A stretch of 40,390 nt of DNA from Bacteroidota bacterium (GTDB lineage: Bacteria; Bacteroidota; Bacteroidia; Flavobacteriales_D; Crocinitomicaceae), in contig JBEDAD010000286.1 in the NCBI GenBank assembly GCA_041177985.1, forward strand, positions 1 to 40,390, given 5' to 3'. How positions within the stretch are numbered: the first letter of the stretch is position 1; each line of letters starts with the position of its first letter. The notes below the pieces were generated by a model. It worked only from the letters and a program-made list of their open reading frames with translations, made no database searches and had not been told where the DNA came from. The position numbers and the translations under genes were made by a program. This document shows positions 21,086-29,725 of this stretch, in pieces.

Positions 21086-21163
21086 TAAAAATTTTAGTTG
21101 CAAAGATTTAATTACAATCGCACTAAAAGTTTTAGTAAATTCGAACTTCAAAAGTCAATACAC

Positions 21164-21475
21164 ATGGAAAATAATAACGAGAACCAAGTAAATATCGAAT
21201 TAACAGAAGACATTGCGTTAGGAATATATTCCAATCTTGCAATAATTACACATTCTCCAGCTGAAATAGTTTGCGATTTTGTGCAATTAATGCCAGGTAT
21301 GCCTAAAGGTAAAGTGCGTTCACGTGTAATTATGACTCCTCAAAATGCAAAGAGATTTATGAAAGCGTTGATTGAAAATGTTCAAAAATATGAACAGAAT
21401 TTTGGCGTAATTGATGACGCAACAAATCCAGGTATGCCTCCAATGAATTTTGGAACGCCAAGTACTATGGCTTAA
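21164..21475 (+). CDS. DUF3467-like small protein (conserved partner downstream of rpoC in Bacteroidota)
   Basis: 103 aa from ATG 21164 (MENNNENQVNIELTEDIALGIYSNLAIITHSPAEIVCDF...). The family call is from memory of DUF3467 sequences. The tracked TTG 21098 start adds a non-conserved leader just after the terminator. Confidence 0.6.
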   Translation: MENNNENQVNIELTEDIALGIYSNLAIITHSPAEIVCDFVQLMPGMPKGKVRSRVIMTPQNAKRFMKALIENVQKYEQNFGVIDDATNPGMPPMNFGTPSTMA

Positions 21476-21534
21476 TTGGGAAAATTTAACTCTTTAAACT
21501 TTTCTTAACTTTTAAAAAAATTGTAGTTTTGATC

Positions 21535-21918
21535 ATGCGGTTTTTAATTATTGTCTTTGCACTTGTATTTGGATTTTTGTCCTTTGCTCCTAATATGCAA
21601 GGTGGGCAATTTTTTAAAATCAATGAAGTAATACAACATTTTGAAGACCATCAAGAGAGTAAAGAGTCCTTTAATTCTTTTTTTTCGTTTCTTAAAAGCC
21701 ACTATTTTTCCAATCATGGAACAAAAGAAAATGAAAAACACCTTCCTTTTAAAACAAATATCCTAAACACCTTCGTTTTAGTTATTCATGAGGTAAAACT
21801 TGTACCCGTGCACGAAGATCCAATTGAAATTATAGAACAATCATCTTGTTTTGGTGAACCAAATGGTCAGCTTTCCAAAACATCTATATCTATCTGGAAT
21901 CCACCACAAATGGCTTAA
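21535..21918 (+). CDS. hypothetical small His/Glu-rich protein with N-terminal TM or signal segment, upstream of the RND pump
   Basis: N-terminus MRFLIIVFALVFGFLSFAPN followed by an HFEDHQESKE...SHYFSNHGTKENEKH region. It is co-directional with the CzcA-like ORF and 55 nt upstream of it. ATG 21535 is preferred over TTG 21529. Confidence 0.45.
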   Translation: MRFLIIVFALVFGFLSFAPNMQGGQFFKINEVIQHFEDHQESKESFNSFFSFLKSHYFSNHGTKENEKHLPFKTNILNTFVLVIHEVKLVPVHEDPIEIIEQSSCFGEPNGQLSKTSISIWNPPQMA

Positions 21919-21973
21919 TAAACAAATTTAATAGATCAAACTGGTCTGTTTTATATTATTAAATCATTTTTTC

Positions 21974-24900
21974 ATGCTAAATAAAATTATACATTGGTCA
22001 ATCGCCAATAAATTGATTGTTGCGATTTTGACCTTGGGATTAGTCGTATGGGGCTTGTTTTCATTAAGCAATCTACCCATTGATGCAGTTCCGGATATCA
22101 CCAATAACCAAGTGCAAATCGTAACTTCCGCGCCATCTTCTGGAGCAGAAGATATTGAACGTTTTGTTACTTTTCCGGTTGAACAAACAATGGCAACCAT
22201 CCCGGGAATTGAAGAAATTCGATCTTTCAGCAGATTTGGGTTAAGTGTTGTAACCGTTGTTTTTGATGAGAGCACAGATGTTTACTGGGCACGACAGCAA
22301 GTTGCAGAACGTTTATCGGAAGCCAAAAGTCAAATACCAGCAGGGTTTGGCGAACCATCAATGGCACCATTGAGCACAGGATTGGGCGAAATTTACCAAT
22401 ATATTATTAAACCAAAAAAAGGGTACGAAAATAAGTTTAATGCAACAGATCTTCGCACCATTCAAGACTGGACAATTCGTCGCCAGTTACTCGGTGTTGA
22501 GGGAATTGCAGATATTAGTGGTTTCGGTGGCAAATTAAAACAATATGAAATTGCAATTGATCTCGTTCAACTGAAAGGGTTTGGATTAACGGTAAGTGAT
22601 GTTTTTAGGGCGGTTCAGGAAAACAATCAAAATACGGGCGGAGCGTATATCGAGAGAAATTCCTATACCACTTATATTCGAACAGACGGTTTAATGAAAT
22701 CGTTGGAAGATATCGAACAAACAATTATATCTCAAACGGATCAAGGTACTCCCGTTTTAGTAAAAGATGTTTCCACCGTAGAAATTGGAGCGGCAGTGCG
22801 CTATGGTGCATTAACGTATAACACAACCGGCGAGGCTGTTGGTGGAATTGTTCTGATGTTAAAAGGTGCTAATTCGTCTAGAGTTATTGAACATGTTAAA
22901 GAACGCATGGAGCAAATCAAGCAAACTTTGCCAGATGGTGTGGAAATTGAAGTGTATTTGGATCGTACAAAATTGGTAAACAGTGCGATTTCTACAGTTT
23001 CAAAAAATCTGATTGAAGGGGCATTAATTGTGATTTTCGTCCTTGTTCTGTTACTCGGAAATTTCCGTGCTGGTTTAATTGTTGCCTCTGTCATTCCGCT
23101 GGCAATGTTGTTCGCGATTTCATTGATGAATGTTTTTGGGGTTTCAGGTAATTTAATGAGCTTGGGCGCACTGGATTTTGGACTAATCATCGATGGAGCA
23201 GTCATAATTGTTGAGTCGACACTGCATTTTCTTTACCACCGAGGAAATCAATCGTTGAACCAGAAAGAAATGGATATTCAAGTGTACAATTCAGCCTCTA
23301 AATTTAGTAAGAGCGCCGTTTTCGGACAAATTATCATTCTTGTTGTTTACCTTCCGTTACTCGCTTTAGTTGGAATTGAAGGGAAAATGTTCAAACCAAT
23401 GGCGCAAACGGTTATGTTTGCCGTAATTGGTGCGCTGATTCTTTCGTTGACCTATGTACCAATGATTTCAGCTTTGGTTCTCAAGAAGAAAATCGTTGTT
23501 CGTGAAACATTCAGTGATAAAATTATTAAAACGGTAAAACGGTTTTATGCGCCGGCTTTGAATGCTTTCTTGCGCAAACAGAAAACGGTAATGGCCGGAT
23601 TACTTGGTTTGATTGTATTAAGTCTCTTCTTGTTCACGCGACTCGGCGCGGAATTTATTCCTTCTTTGGACGAAGGTGATTTTGCTGTTGAAACGCGAAT
23701 GATAACAGGGACTAGCTTAACCAAAACCATCGAAACTACTTCGAAAGCTTCGGATGTTTTATTGAAGAATTTCCCGGAGGTAAAAGAAGTTGTTGGAAAG
23801 ATTGGTACTGCTGAAATCCCGACGGATCCAATGCCAATGGAAGCATGCGACCTCATGATAATCCTGAAAGACAAGGATGAATGGGTTTCAGCAACTACGA
23901 AAGAAGAATTAGCGGAAAAAATGCAGAAAAAGCTAGAGGAAAATGTAGCGGGTGTTTCATTTGGCTTCCAGCAACCAATCCAAATGCGCTTTAATGAGCT
24001 GATGACCGGTGCAAAACAAGATGTAGTGGTTAAAATTTATGGTGAAGATCTAGATGAGCTTAGTAAGTATGCAGAAAAAATCGGAAATCTTTCTGCGAAG
24101 ATAAAAGGCGTACAAGATGTTTACGTGGAAGAAGTTACTGGTTTGCCACAAATGATTGTTTCGTTTAATAGAGAAGCATTGGCTAAATATAACATCAGTG
24201 TAGATGAAGTAAATAGAGCAATCAATATCAGTTTCGCTGGACAAGCAGCAGGATTAATTTTTGAAGGGGAAAAGCGCTTTGATTTGGTTGTTAAATTAGA
24301 TTCTACGAATCGTGCATCGCTGGATGATTTAAAATCCATAACCGTAATGTCACCATCTGGTGTTCAGGTTCCGTTGGAGCAACTGGCAAATGTGGACTTC
24401 AAAAAAGGTCCAAACCAAATTCAACGGGACGATGCAAAACGACGAATTCTTGTTGGCTTCAATGTACGTGGAAGAGATGTGGAAAGTATTGTGATCGAAC
24501 TTAAAAAACAGATTGAAAATAATGTTCGGTTTGAACCGGGTTACTTCCCAACTTATGGCGGAACATTTAAAAATCTGGAAAATGCGCGGAATAGATTGGC
24601 TATTGCAGTACCCGTTGCATTGTTTATGATTTTCTTTTTACTCTATTTAACTTTTCAATCGCTGAAGCAAGCGGTATTGATTTTCTCTGCCATTCCATTA
24701 GCTGCGCTTGGTGGTATTCTTGCACTTTGGCTGCGCGGAATGCCTTTCTCGATTTCCGCAGGTGTCGGTTTTATTGCTCTTTTTGGCGTTGCAGTTTTAA
24801 ATGGAATTGTATTAATTTCCGAATTCAACACACTGAAAAAAGAGGGATACGTCAATACTTTCCGAATTGTTTTGATGGGAACTAGAGCGCGCTTGCGACC

Positions 24901-26332
24901 AGTTTTACTTACTGCACTCGTTGCATCGCTAGGGTTTTTACCTATGGCGCTTTCGCATGGAAGTGGCGCGGAAGTGCAAAAGCCATTGGCGACAGTCGTA
25001 ATTGGCGGATTAATTACAGCGACAATTCTAACCCTTTTTGTATTACCGATTTTCTACTTATTATCTGAACGAAAAATGAAAAAGAAGAAAATGAAATCTG
25101 CAGTTCTATCCATGATACTGCTAATTTCCTTGCCGACCTTTGGACAAATTCCAAAATCGATGAGCTTGGAGGATTGCCTAAAAATGGCAAAAGAAAATAA
25201 TCTGGCATACAAATCTTCTGAATTACAGATTCAAAAGGAAATACTGCTAGGGAAAAGTGCAGCAATCGTTCCAAAAACTGGAATTGTGTTTATGACGGGC
25301 CAGTATAATTCTTACTACAAGAGGGATAATAATATTACCATCAACCAAACGATTCCCTTTCCAACAGTTTTTTCAAAAGAGAAACAACTCGGTCAAGTAA
25401 GATCCGAACAGGCTTCTGTCGCACATTTTTCAAATTGGAAAGATCTTTCCGTTCAAATACAATTGAGCTACGAATCAATTCGCTACCTTAAGGCGAAAGT
25501 GGCGGTATTGGAAAATCAGGATTCTTTGATGGCGGCAATCGAAAAACGGGTGGAAATAAAGCTAGGATTGAGGGATGTCACGAAGTTAGAATCTGTATTG
25601 GTTATTTCTAAAAGGAAGGAAATTCAAAATTTAGTGCGCTTTACGCAAGACGAATGCAAAGCAGAGGAATATAATTTGCGTTTTCTCCTTGGATTAGATT
25701 TCCCGATAACAACGCTAAATGATCCGTATAGAAATCAAAATTTCTCCAATTTAAGCGACTCTTCGCGTATTGTCAATCATCCGAAAATTGCGTTTCATGA
25801 AGTGCAACAACGAGTGATTGAGAAGGAAAAACAAGTTTTACTGGCAAAAACATTACCGGATATTACCTTTGGTTACGTGAATCAAACATTAGTCGGTGTT
25901 CATTCGGTGAATGGACCTGATGTTACCTTTTTGCAATCGGATCGATTCCATGCTGGACAAATTGGACTAGATATTCCATTGTTTTACGGAGCATCTAAAC
26001 GGAAATCTGCAGTTTTAAATACAGACTTAAAACAAAATGATTTACAATTGACATCGATTAAAAACGAATTGCTTGCAGGATATACACAAACGTTAATTCA
26101 ATATACTAGTTATTTGAAATCGTTTGAATTATATGCTTTGCAATTGATGCCGCAAGTTAAAATGATGCACGAACAGGCTGCTCTTTTGCTAGAAACTGGG
26201 GAGATTTCAACCATTGAGTTTCTTCAAACTAAACAAAGTACCTTGGATATCGAGTTAAATTATTTACAACTAATTAAGAATATCAATTCTACTGTTCACC
26301 AGTTAAATTGGTTTATTCAAAATGAAAATTAA
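21974..26332 (+). CDS. CusA/CzcA-family heavy-metal RND efflux permease (aa 1 to about 1034) continuous in frame with a TolC/CzcC-like outer-membrane factor (aa about 1035 to 1452)
   Basis: The N-terminal 1034 aa are typical CzcA (IIHWSIANKLIV..., PIDAVPDITNNQVQI, 12-TM/large-loop layout). There is no stop before an in-frame MKKKKMKSAVLSMILLISLPTFGQ signal-like segment and a TolC-like domain of about 395 aa. Confidence 0.8.
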   Translation: MLNKIIHWSIANKLIVAILTLGLVVWGLFSLSNLPIDAVPDITNNQVQIVTSAPSSGAEDIERFVTFPVEQTMATIPGIEEIRSFSRFGLSVVTVVFDESTDVYWARQQVAERLSEAKSQIPAGFGEPSMAPLSTGLGEIYQYIIKPKKGYENKFNATDLRTIQDWTIRRQLLGVEGIADISGFGGKLKQYEIAIDLVQLKGFGLTVSDVFRAVQENNQNTGGAYIERNSYTTYIRTDGLMKSLEDIEQTIISQTDQGTPVLVKDVSTVEIGAAVRYGALTYNTTGEAVGGIVLMLKGANSSRVIEHVKERMEQIKQTLPDGVEIEVYLDRTKLVNSAISTVSKNLIEGALIVIFVLVLLLGNFRAGLIVASVIPLAMLFAISLMNVFGVSGNLMSLGALDFGLIIDGAVIIVESTLHFLYHRGNQSLNQKEMDIQVYNSASKFSKSAVFGQIIILVVYLPLLALVGIEGKMFKPMAQTVMFAVIGALILSLTYVPMISALVLKKKIVVRETFSDKIIKTVKRFYAPALNAFLRKQKTVMAGLLGLIVLSLFLFTRLGAEFIPSLDEGDFAVETRMITGTSLTKTIETTSKASDVLLKNFPEVKEVVGKIGTAEIPTDPMPMEACDLMIILKDKDEWVSATTKEELAEKMQKKLEENVAGVSFGFQQPIQMRFNELMTGAKQDVVVKIYGEDLDELSKYAEKIGNLSAKIKGVQDVYVEEVTGLPQMIVSFNREALAKYNISVDEVNRAINISFAGQAAGLIFEGEKRFDLVVKLDSTNRASLDDLKSITVMSPSGVQVPLEQLANVDFKKGPNQIQRDDAKRRILVGFNVRGRDVESIVIELKKQIENNVRFEPGYFPTYGGTFKNLENARNRLAIAVPVALFMIFFLLYLTFQSLKQAVLIFSAIPLAALGGILALWLRGMPFSISAGVGFIALFGVAVLNGIVLISEFNTLKKEGYVNTFRIVLMGTRARLRPVLLTALVASLGFLPMALSHGSGAEVQKPLATVVIGGLITATILTLFVLPIFYLLSERKMKKKKMKSAVLSMILLISLPTFGQIPKSMSLEDCLKMAKENNLAYKSSELQIQKEILLGKSAAIVPKTGIVFMTGQYNSYYKRDNNITINQTIPFPTVFSKEKQLGQVRSEQASVAHFSNWKDLSVQIQLSYESIRYLKAKVAVLENQDSLMAAIEKRVEIKLGLRDVTKLESVLVISKRKEIQNLVRFTQDECKAEEYNLRFLLGLDFPITTLNDPYRNQNFSNLSDSSRIVNHPKIAFHEVQQRVIEKEKQVLLAKTLPDITFGYVNQTLVGVHSVNGPDVTFLQSDRFHAGQIGLDIPLFYGASKRKSAVLNTDLKQNDLQLTSIKNELLAGYTQTLIQYTSYLKSFELYALQLMPQVKMMHEQAALLLETGEISTIEFLQTKQSTLDIELNYLQLIKNINSTVHQLNWFIQNEN
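25076..26332 (+). other. TolC/CzcC-like outer-membrane factor segment with its own ATG and signal-peptide-like N-terminus (possible internal translation start)
   Basis: In-frame ATGs at 25076 and 25091, a Lys-rich n-region plus hydrophobic h-region, and then SLEDCLKMAKENNLAYKSSELQIQKE..., typical of OMF proteins. TGA 25077-25079 in the +1 frame overlaps the ATG. Confidence 0.6.
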
Positions 26333-27485
26333 AACCATGAAAAAGTATTATTATCTATTTATAGTAAGTTGCGCAATCTTGACTGCCTGTTCAACAAAGG
26401 AAGCCGTGAAAGAAGTTGAAAAAGCAACGGTAGTAAGCCAAGTTGTTTTTAATGCGAAACAACTTAAAAGTGCAGCAATTCAGGAAGGATTAGCTGTAAA
26501 GGAAATGATTGGACTGACGATCTTTGCAAATGGAACGATTGAGGTGCCACCGCAAAACAAAACAATTATTGCCGCACAATTTGGTGGGTTTATCAAATCA
26601 TTGTCTGTTTTGGATGGAATGGTAGTAAAACGGGGGCAAACACTTTTTACCATTGAAGATCCTGAACTCATTCAATTGCAGCAAGATTATCTGGAAGTTT
26701 TAGGTAATTTAGAATACTTGGAAGCTGAATTGGAGCGACAAAAGATCTTGGTAAACCAAGATGCAGGAAGTCTAAAATCTTTGCAAATGGCAAAAGCACA
26801 ATATTCTGCTGCCGCTGCAAAACGAAGTGGTCTGAGTGCGAAACTCGACATGGCTGGTGTAAATAGAAAGCAATTGAATGCTGGGAATTTACAACGTACA
26901 ATTTCTGTTACATCGCCATTTGATGGTGTTGTTACTAAAGTTGCTGTTAATGTTGGCTCTTATGCCTTACCAACCGATCACTTATTGGAAATTATCGATC
27001 TCAAACATGCGCACGCTGAAGTAATCGTTTTTGAAAAGGATTTGAAACGACTCAAAATTGGACAGAAAGTAAAATTAAATTTTACCGATGGAAATGAAGA
27101 GGTAATGGCAAGTGTATTTTTAATTGGTCGCGAAATTGGGGCAAATAGAACGGTAAAGGTACATTGCCATTTGGACAAGGAGAATTCAAAAATTGCTCCA
27201 GGCTCTTATTTTAAAGCAAGTATTTTTACCAATCCGAACGCACTTTTTTGTGTTCCTTCTGAAGCAATTGTTGAATTAAATGGTAAAAATGTTGTATTTT
27301 ACAGTAAGAATGGTGGAAAGGATAAAAAGATATTTTATCCAGCAGCTGTAACTATTTTGGCAAGCGAAAATCATAAAACAGCATTTGAATTTGAAGATGA
27401 AAATAGTTCATTTACAAGTCCAATAGTACTTAAAGGAGCATACGATATCCTATCAGCTTTGTTGATGCAATCGGAGGAAGAATAA
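26322..27485 (+). CDS. efflux RND periplasmic adaptor subunit (CzcB/HlyD family), lipoprotein-like
   Basis: Signal and lipobox-like segment (LFIVSCAILTACS), a coiled-coil hairpin region (LQQDYLEVLGNLEYLEAELERQK) and beta-barrel segments typical of MFPs. The alternative start ATG 26337 avoids the 11-nt overlap. Confidence 0.85.
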   Translation: MKIKTMKKYYYLFIVSCAILTACSTKEAVKEVEKATVVSQVVFNAKQLKSAAIQEGLAVKEMIGLTIFANGTIEVPPQNKTIIAAQFGGFIKSLSVLDGMVVKRGQTLFTIEDPELIQLQQDYLEVLGNLEYLEAELERQKILVNQDAGSLKSLQMAKAQYSAAAAKRSGLSAKLDMAGVNRKQLNAGNLQRTISVTSPFDGVVTKVAVNVGSYALPTDHLLEIIDLKHAHAEVIVFEKDLKRLKIGQKVKLNFTDGNEEVMASVFLIGREIGANRTVKVHCHLDKENSKIAPGSYFKASIFTNPNALFCVPSEAIVELNGKNVVFYSKNGGKDKKIFYPAAVTILASENHKTAFEFEDENSSFTSPIVLKGAYDILSALLMQSEEE

Positions 27486-27511
27486 TTGTTTAATTAATTA
27501 AAATTTGAAGT

Positions 27512-27979
27512 ATGAAAATTTACACATTTCTGTTTTTTGCATTCATTGGAAGCACAATTTTATTGGCAACACCAAGTTGTAAAAAAAACAAAGATTGCAC
27601 CGAAACGAACATCAGCACGGCTGGAGGAAACGATAGCCATAACTTCGGAATGAACTGCATGAATTGCCATCAAAGTGGTGGCGAAGGCAAAGGCTGTTTT
27701 ACAGTTGCGGGAAGCGTTTCCAATAGTAGTTTAACTTCCCCGTTAACCGCTGGAACAGTTAAGTTGTACACCGCTGCAAATGGCGGAGGAACACTTAAAT
27801 ATTCTATTCAAATAGATTCAAAAGGCAATTTTCACTCAACGGAATCCATCGACTATACTGGATTGTATGCTGCAATTACAAGTGCAAATGGAACTACGAA
27901 TTACATGAGTTCTCAATTATCATCTGGTTCATGCAACTCTTGTCACGGCGCATCGACATCCAAACTTTTCGGAAATTAA
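27512..27979 (+). CDS. small lipoprotein-like protein with two CxxCH motifs (putative dihaem c-type cytochrome or metal-binding protein)
   Basis: Signal segment ending LLATPSC, CMNCH at nt 27656-27670 and CNSCH at nt 27932-27946. These flank a Ser/Thr/Gly-rich beta-strand-like core (TVAGSVSN...GTVKLYT...DSKGNF). Confidence 0.5.
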   Translation: MKIYTFLFFAFIGSTILLATPSCKKNKDCTETNISTAGGNDSHNFGMNCMNCHQSGGEGKGCFTVAGSVSNSSLTSPLTAGTVKLYTAANGGGTLKYSIQIDSKGNFHSTESIDYTGLYAAITSANGTTNYMSSQLSSGSCNSCHGASTSKLFGN

Positions 27980-28006
27980 ATTACCTTTTTATACATAAGT
28001 AACAGC

Positions 28007-29104
28007 ATGAAAAAAAGCCACATTCAAACAGAAGTCGATACTTGGTATCTATATGCCATCCTTTCTGAAAAGGAAGAAGATCCGATTATTGCCAATGTTT
28101 TTAGTCAAATGTCTGAGATTGAAAAAAGCCATGCAGTTGAATTTGCCAAAAAAATGTCTTTGACTTTTGATCAAATTTCCAAGCCTTCTTGGCGTGCTAA
28201 AGCATTGAATAGAATTGGTAAAATATTTGGCTACGATTATGTATTAGGCGCTCTGATGGATACGGAAAAAAGTTTGTCGAATACGGTCATGCGTCAAAAG
28301 GAAAATAGAAAGATTCAATTATCAGGAAACGAAGATTCGCACGTTAAAATTCTACGTTCTATTTTAGAAAATGAAGAAAGGGTAAATGGAACCCAATTGT
28401 CCCGTTTTGAAAAACGCCACCGCTCTGTTGGTGGGAATGCAATTCGAGCTGCTGTACTAGGCGGAAACGATGGATTGGTTTCTAATTTCAGTTTGGTGAT
28501 GGGAATTGCTGGGGCAACGGAAGGCCAATCTGGTGTGCTACTTGCTGGTTCAGCTGGATTATTGGCCGGCGCATTATCGATGGCTTTGGGGGAATGGATT
28601 TCTGTAAAAAGTTCACAAGAACTCTATGAAAATCAAATGGAGCTGGAAATGGAAGAACTGGAAACTAATCCGGAAGGCGAAAAAAAAGAATTGAAGTTGA
28701 TTTATATGTCCAAGGGAATTCCCGAGGCACAAGCAATTGAAATTGTGGAAGAATTAATGAAAGATAAAATCCAAGCGCACCAGGTTTTAGTAAAGGAAGA
28801 ATTGGGTATTAATTCTGAGGAATTACAAGGCTCAGCAATGGAAGCAGCACTTTCGTCGTTTTTCTTGTTCGGAATCGGAGCGGTAATCCCAGTCTTACCA
28901 TTTATGTTTACGGATGGAATCCAAGCAATAGTTTTGAGTGCCGTTTTTAGTTCTATTGGCTTGTTTTTAATTGGAGCAGCAATTACCTTATTTACAGGCA
29001 AAAATGTTTTGTATTCTGGTTTTAGACAAGTGTTTTTTGGTTTGGCCGCTGCCGCAGTTACCTTTGGAATTGGTAAACTGATAGGAGTTTCCTTAGCGGG
29101 ATAA
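28007..29104 (+). CDS. VIT1/CCC1-family Fe/Mn transporter with N-terminal ferritin-like domain
   Basis: The N-terminal ferritin/rubrerythrin-like helices (WYLYAILSEKEEDP...MSEIEKSHAVEF) precede the VIT1 signature region (GGNDGLVSNFSLVMGIAGA, LGEWISV) and C-terminal TM helices. Confidence 0.8.
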   Translation: MKKSHIQTEVDTWYLYAILSEKEEDPIIANVFSQMSEIEKSHAVEFAKKMSLTFDQISKPSWRAKALNRIGKIFGYDYVLGALMDTEKSLSNTVMRQKENRKIQLSGNEDSHVKILRSILENEERVNGTQLSRFEKRHRSVGGNAIRAAVLGGNDGLVSNFSLVMGIAGATEGQSGVLLAGSAGLLAGALSMALGEWISVKSSQELYENQMELEMEELETNPEGEKKELKLIYMSKGIPEAQAIEIVEELMKDKIQAHQVLVKEELGINSEELQGSAMEAALSSFFLFGIGAVIPVLPFMFTDGIQAIVLSAVFSSIGLFLIGAAITLFTGKNVLYSGFRQVFFGLAAAAVTFGIGKLIGVSLAG

Positions 29105-29181
29105 AAAAGCAATAACAAAATCTATAGTAATAAAAATGTAGAAATAATAGTTTAGTATTAATCAATTTAAAATTTAAAAGT

Positions 29182-29670
29182 ATGAATCAGGCGCATGTTC
29201 ATTTAGCAATTAATCATTTACCGATTATCCTTCCTATCGCAGGGGTTTTGATTGTAATTGGAGGTATAATTTTTCGTTCTGAATTAGTAAAAAGAATGGG
29301 TTTTTTCCTCTTTATTGTTGGCGCAATTGCCACTTTGCCAAGTATGAATTCCGGTGAAGGAGCGGAGGAAATCGCCGAAAATATTGCCGGCGTAACGGAG
29401 GGTTTTATCCACGAACACGAGGAAAAAGCAGAAGTTTTCGCTATTTTTAGTTATATCTTGGGAGCACTTTCTCTGTTTGGAATTTGGGCAAGTTGGAAAG
29501 CGAAGAGCTTCTCAAAAATACTATCCTTAGCTATCGTTCTTTTCGCTGGTATTGTTTTGTTTTTAGGAAAACAAACGGGAACATCCGGTGGAGAAATTCG
29601 ACATACTGAAATTAGAACTGGTCAAGCAATGCAATCTTCAGGCGAATCGGAGGAAGAGCACGAAGACTAA
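29182..29670 (+). CDS. four-TM membrane protein with conserved His residues and acidic tail (tentatively DUF2231-like)
   Basis: HVHLAINHLPIILPIAG N-terminus, four hydrophobic helices, a HEHEEKAE loop and a C-terminal SGESEEEHED tail. The family resemblance is from memory only. Confidence 0.4.
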   Translation: MNQAHVHLAINHLPIILPIAGVLIVIGGIIFRSELVKRMGFFLFIVGAIATLPSMNSGEGAEEIAENIAGVTEGFIHEHEEKAEVFAIFSYILGALSLFGIWASWKAKSFSKILSLAIVLFAGIVLFLGKQTGTSGGEIRHTEIRTGQAMQSSGESEEEHED

Positions 29671-29692
29671 AAAATTGATTTTATAGAACAAC

Positions 29693-29725
29693 AACGCGGA
29701 GGAATATATCCTTCGCGTTTTTTTA
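29693..29725. terminator. bidirectional terminator between convergent genes
   Basis: AACGCGGAGG / CCTTCGCGTT stem (one G-U pair) with an AATATAT loop, a T-run on the plus strand and A-rich sequence upstream. It sits between the 29670 stop (+) and the 29723 stop (-). Confidence 0.6.

Noticed and set aside
22801-29118. Antisense or alternative-frame ORFs within the czc-like genes, the VIT gene and others (e.g. 22801-23205, 23545-23874 and 28702-29118, minus strand)
   Set aside because: Each is nested inside a confidently assigned plus-strand gene, with composition explained by the sense codons.
21476-29722. Possible genomic-island boundaries for the metal cluster (a shared AAAAAATTG-type string near 21515 and 29671)
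   Set aside because: A 9-mer match in AT-rich intergenic DNA is expected by chance. There is no integrase, transposase or tRNA target at either edge. The cluster may still be accessory, but I cannot support defined att-like repeats.
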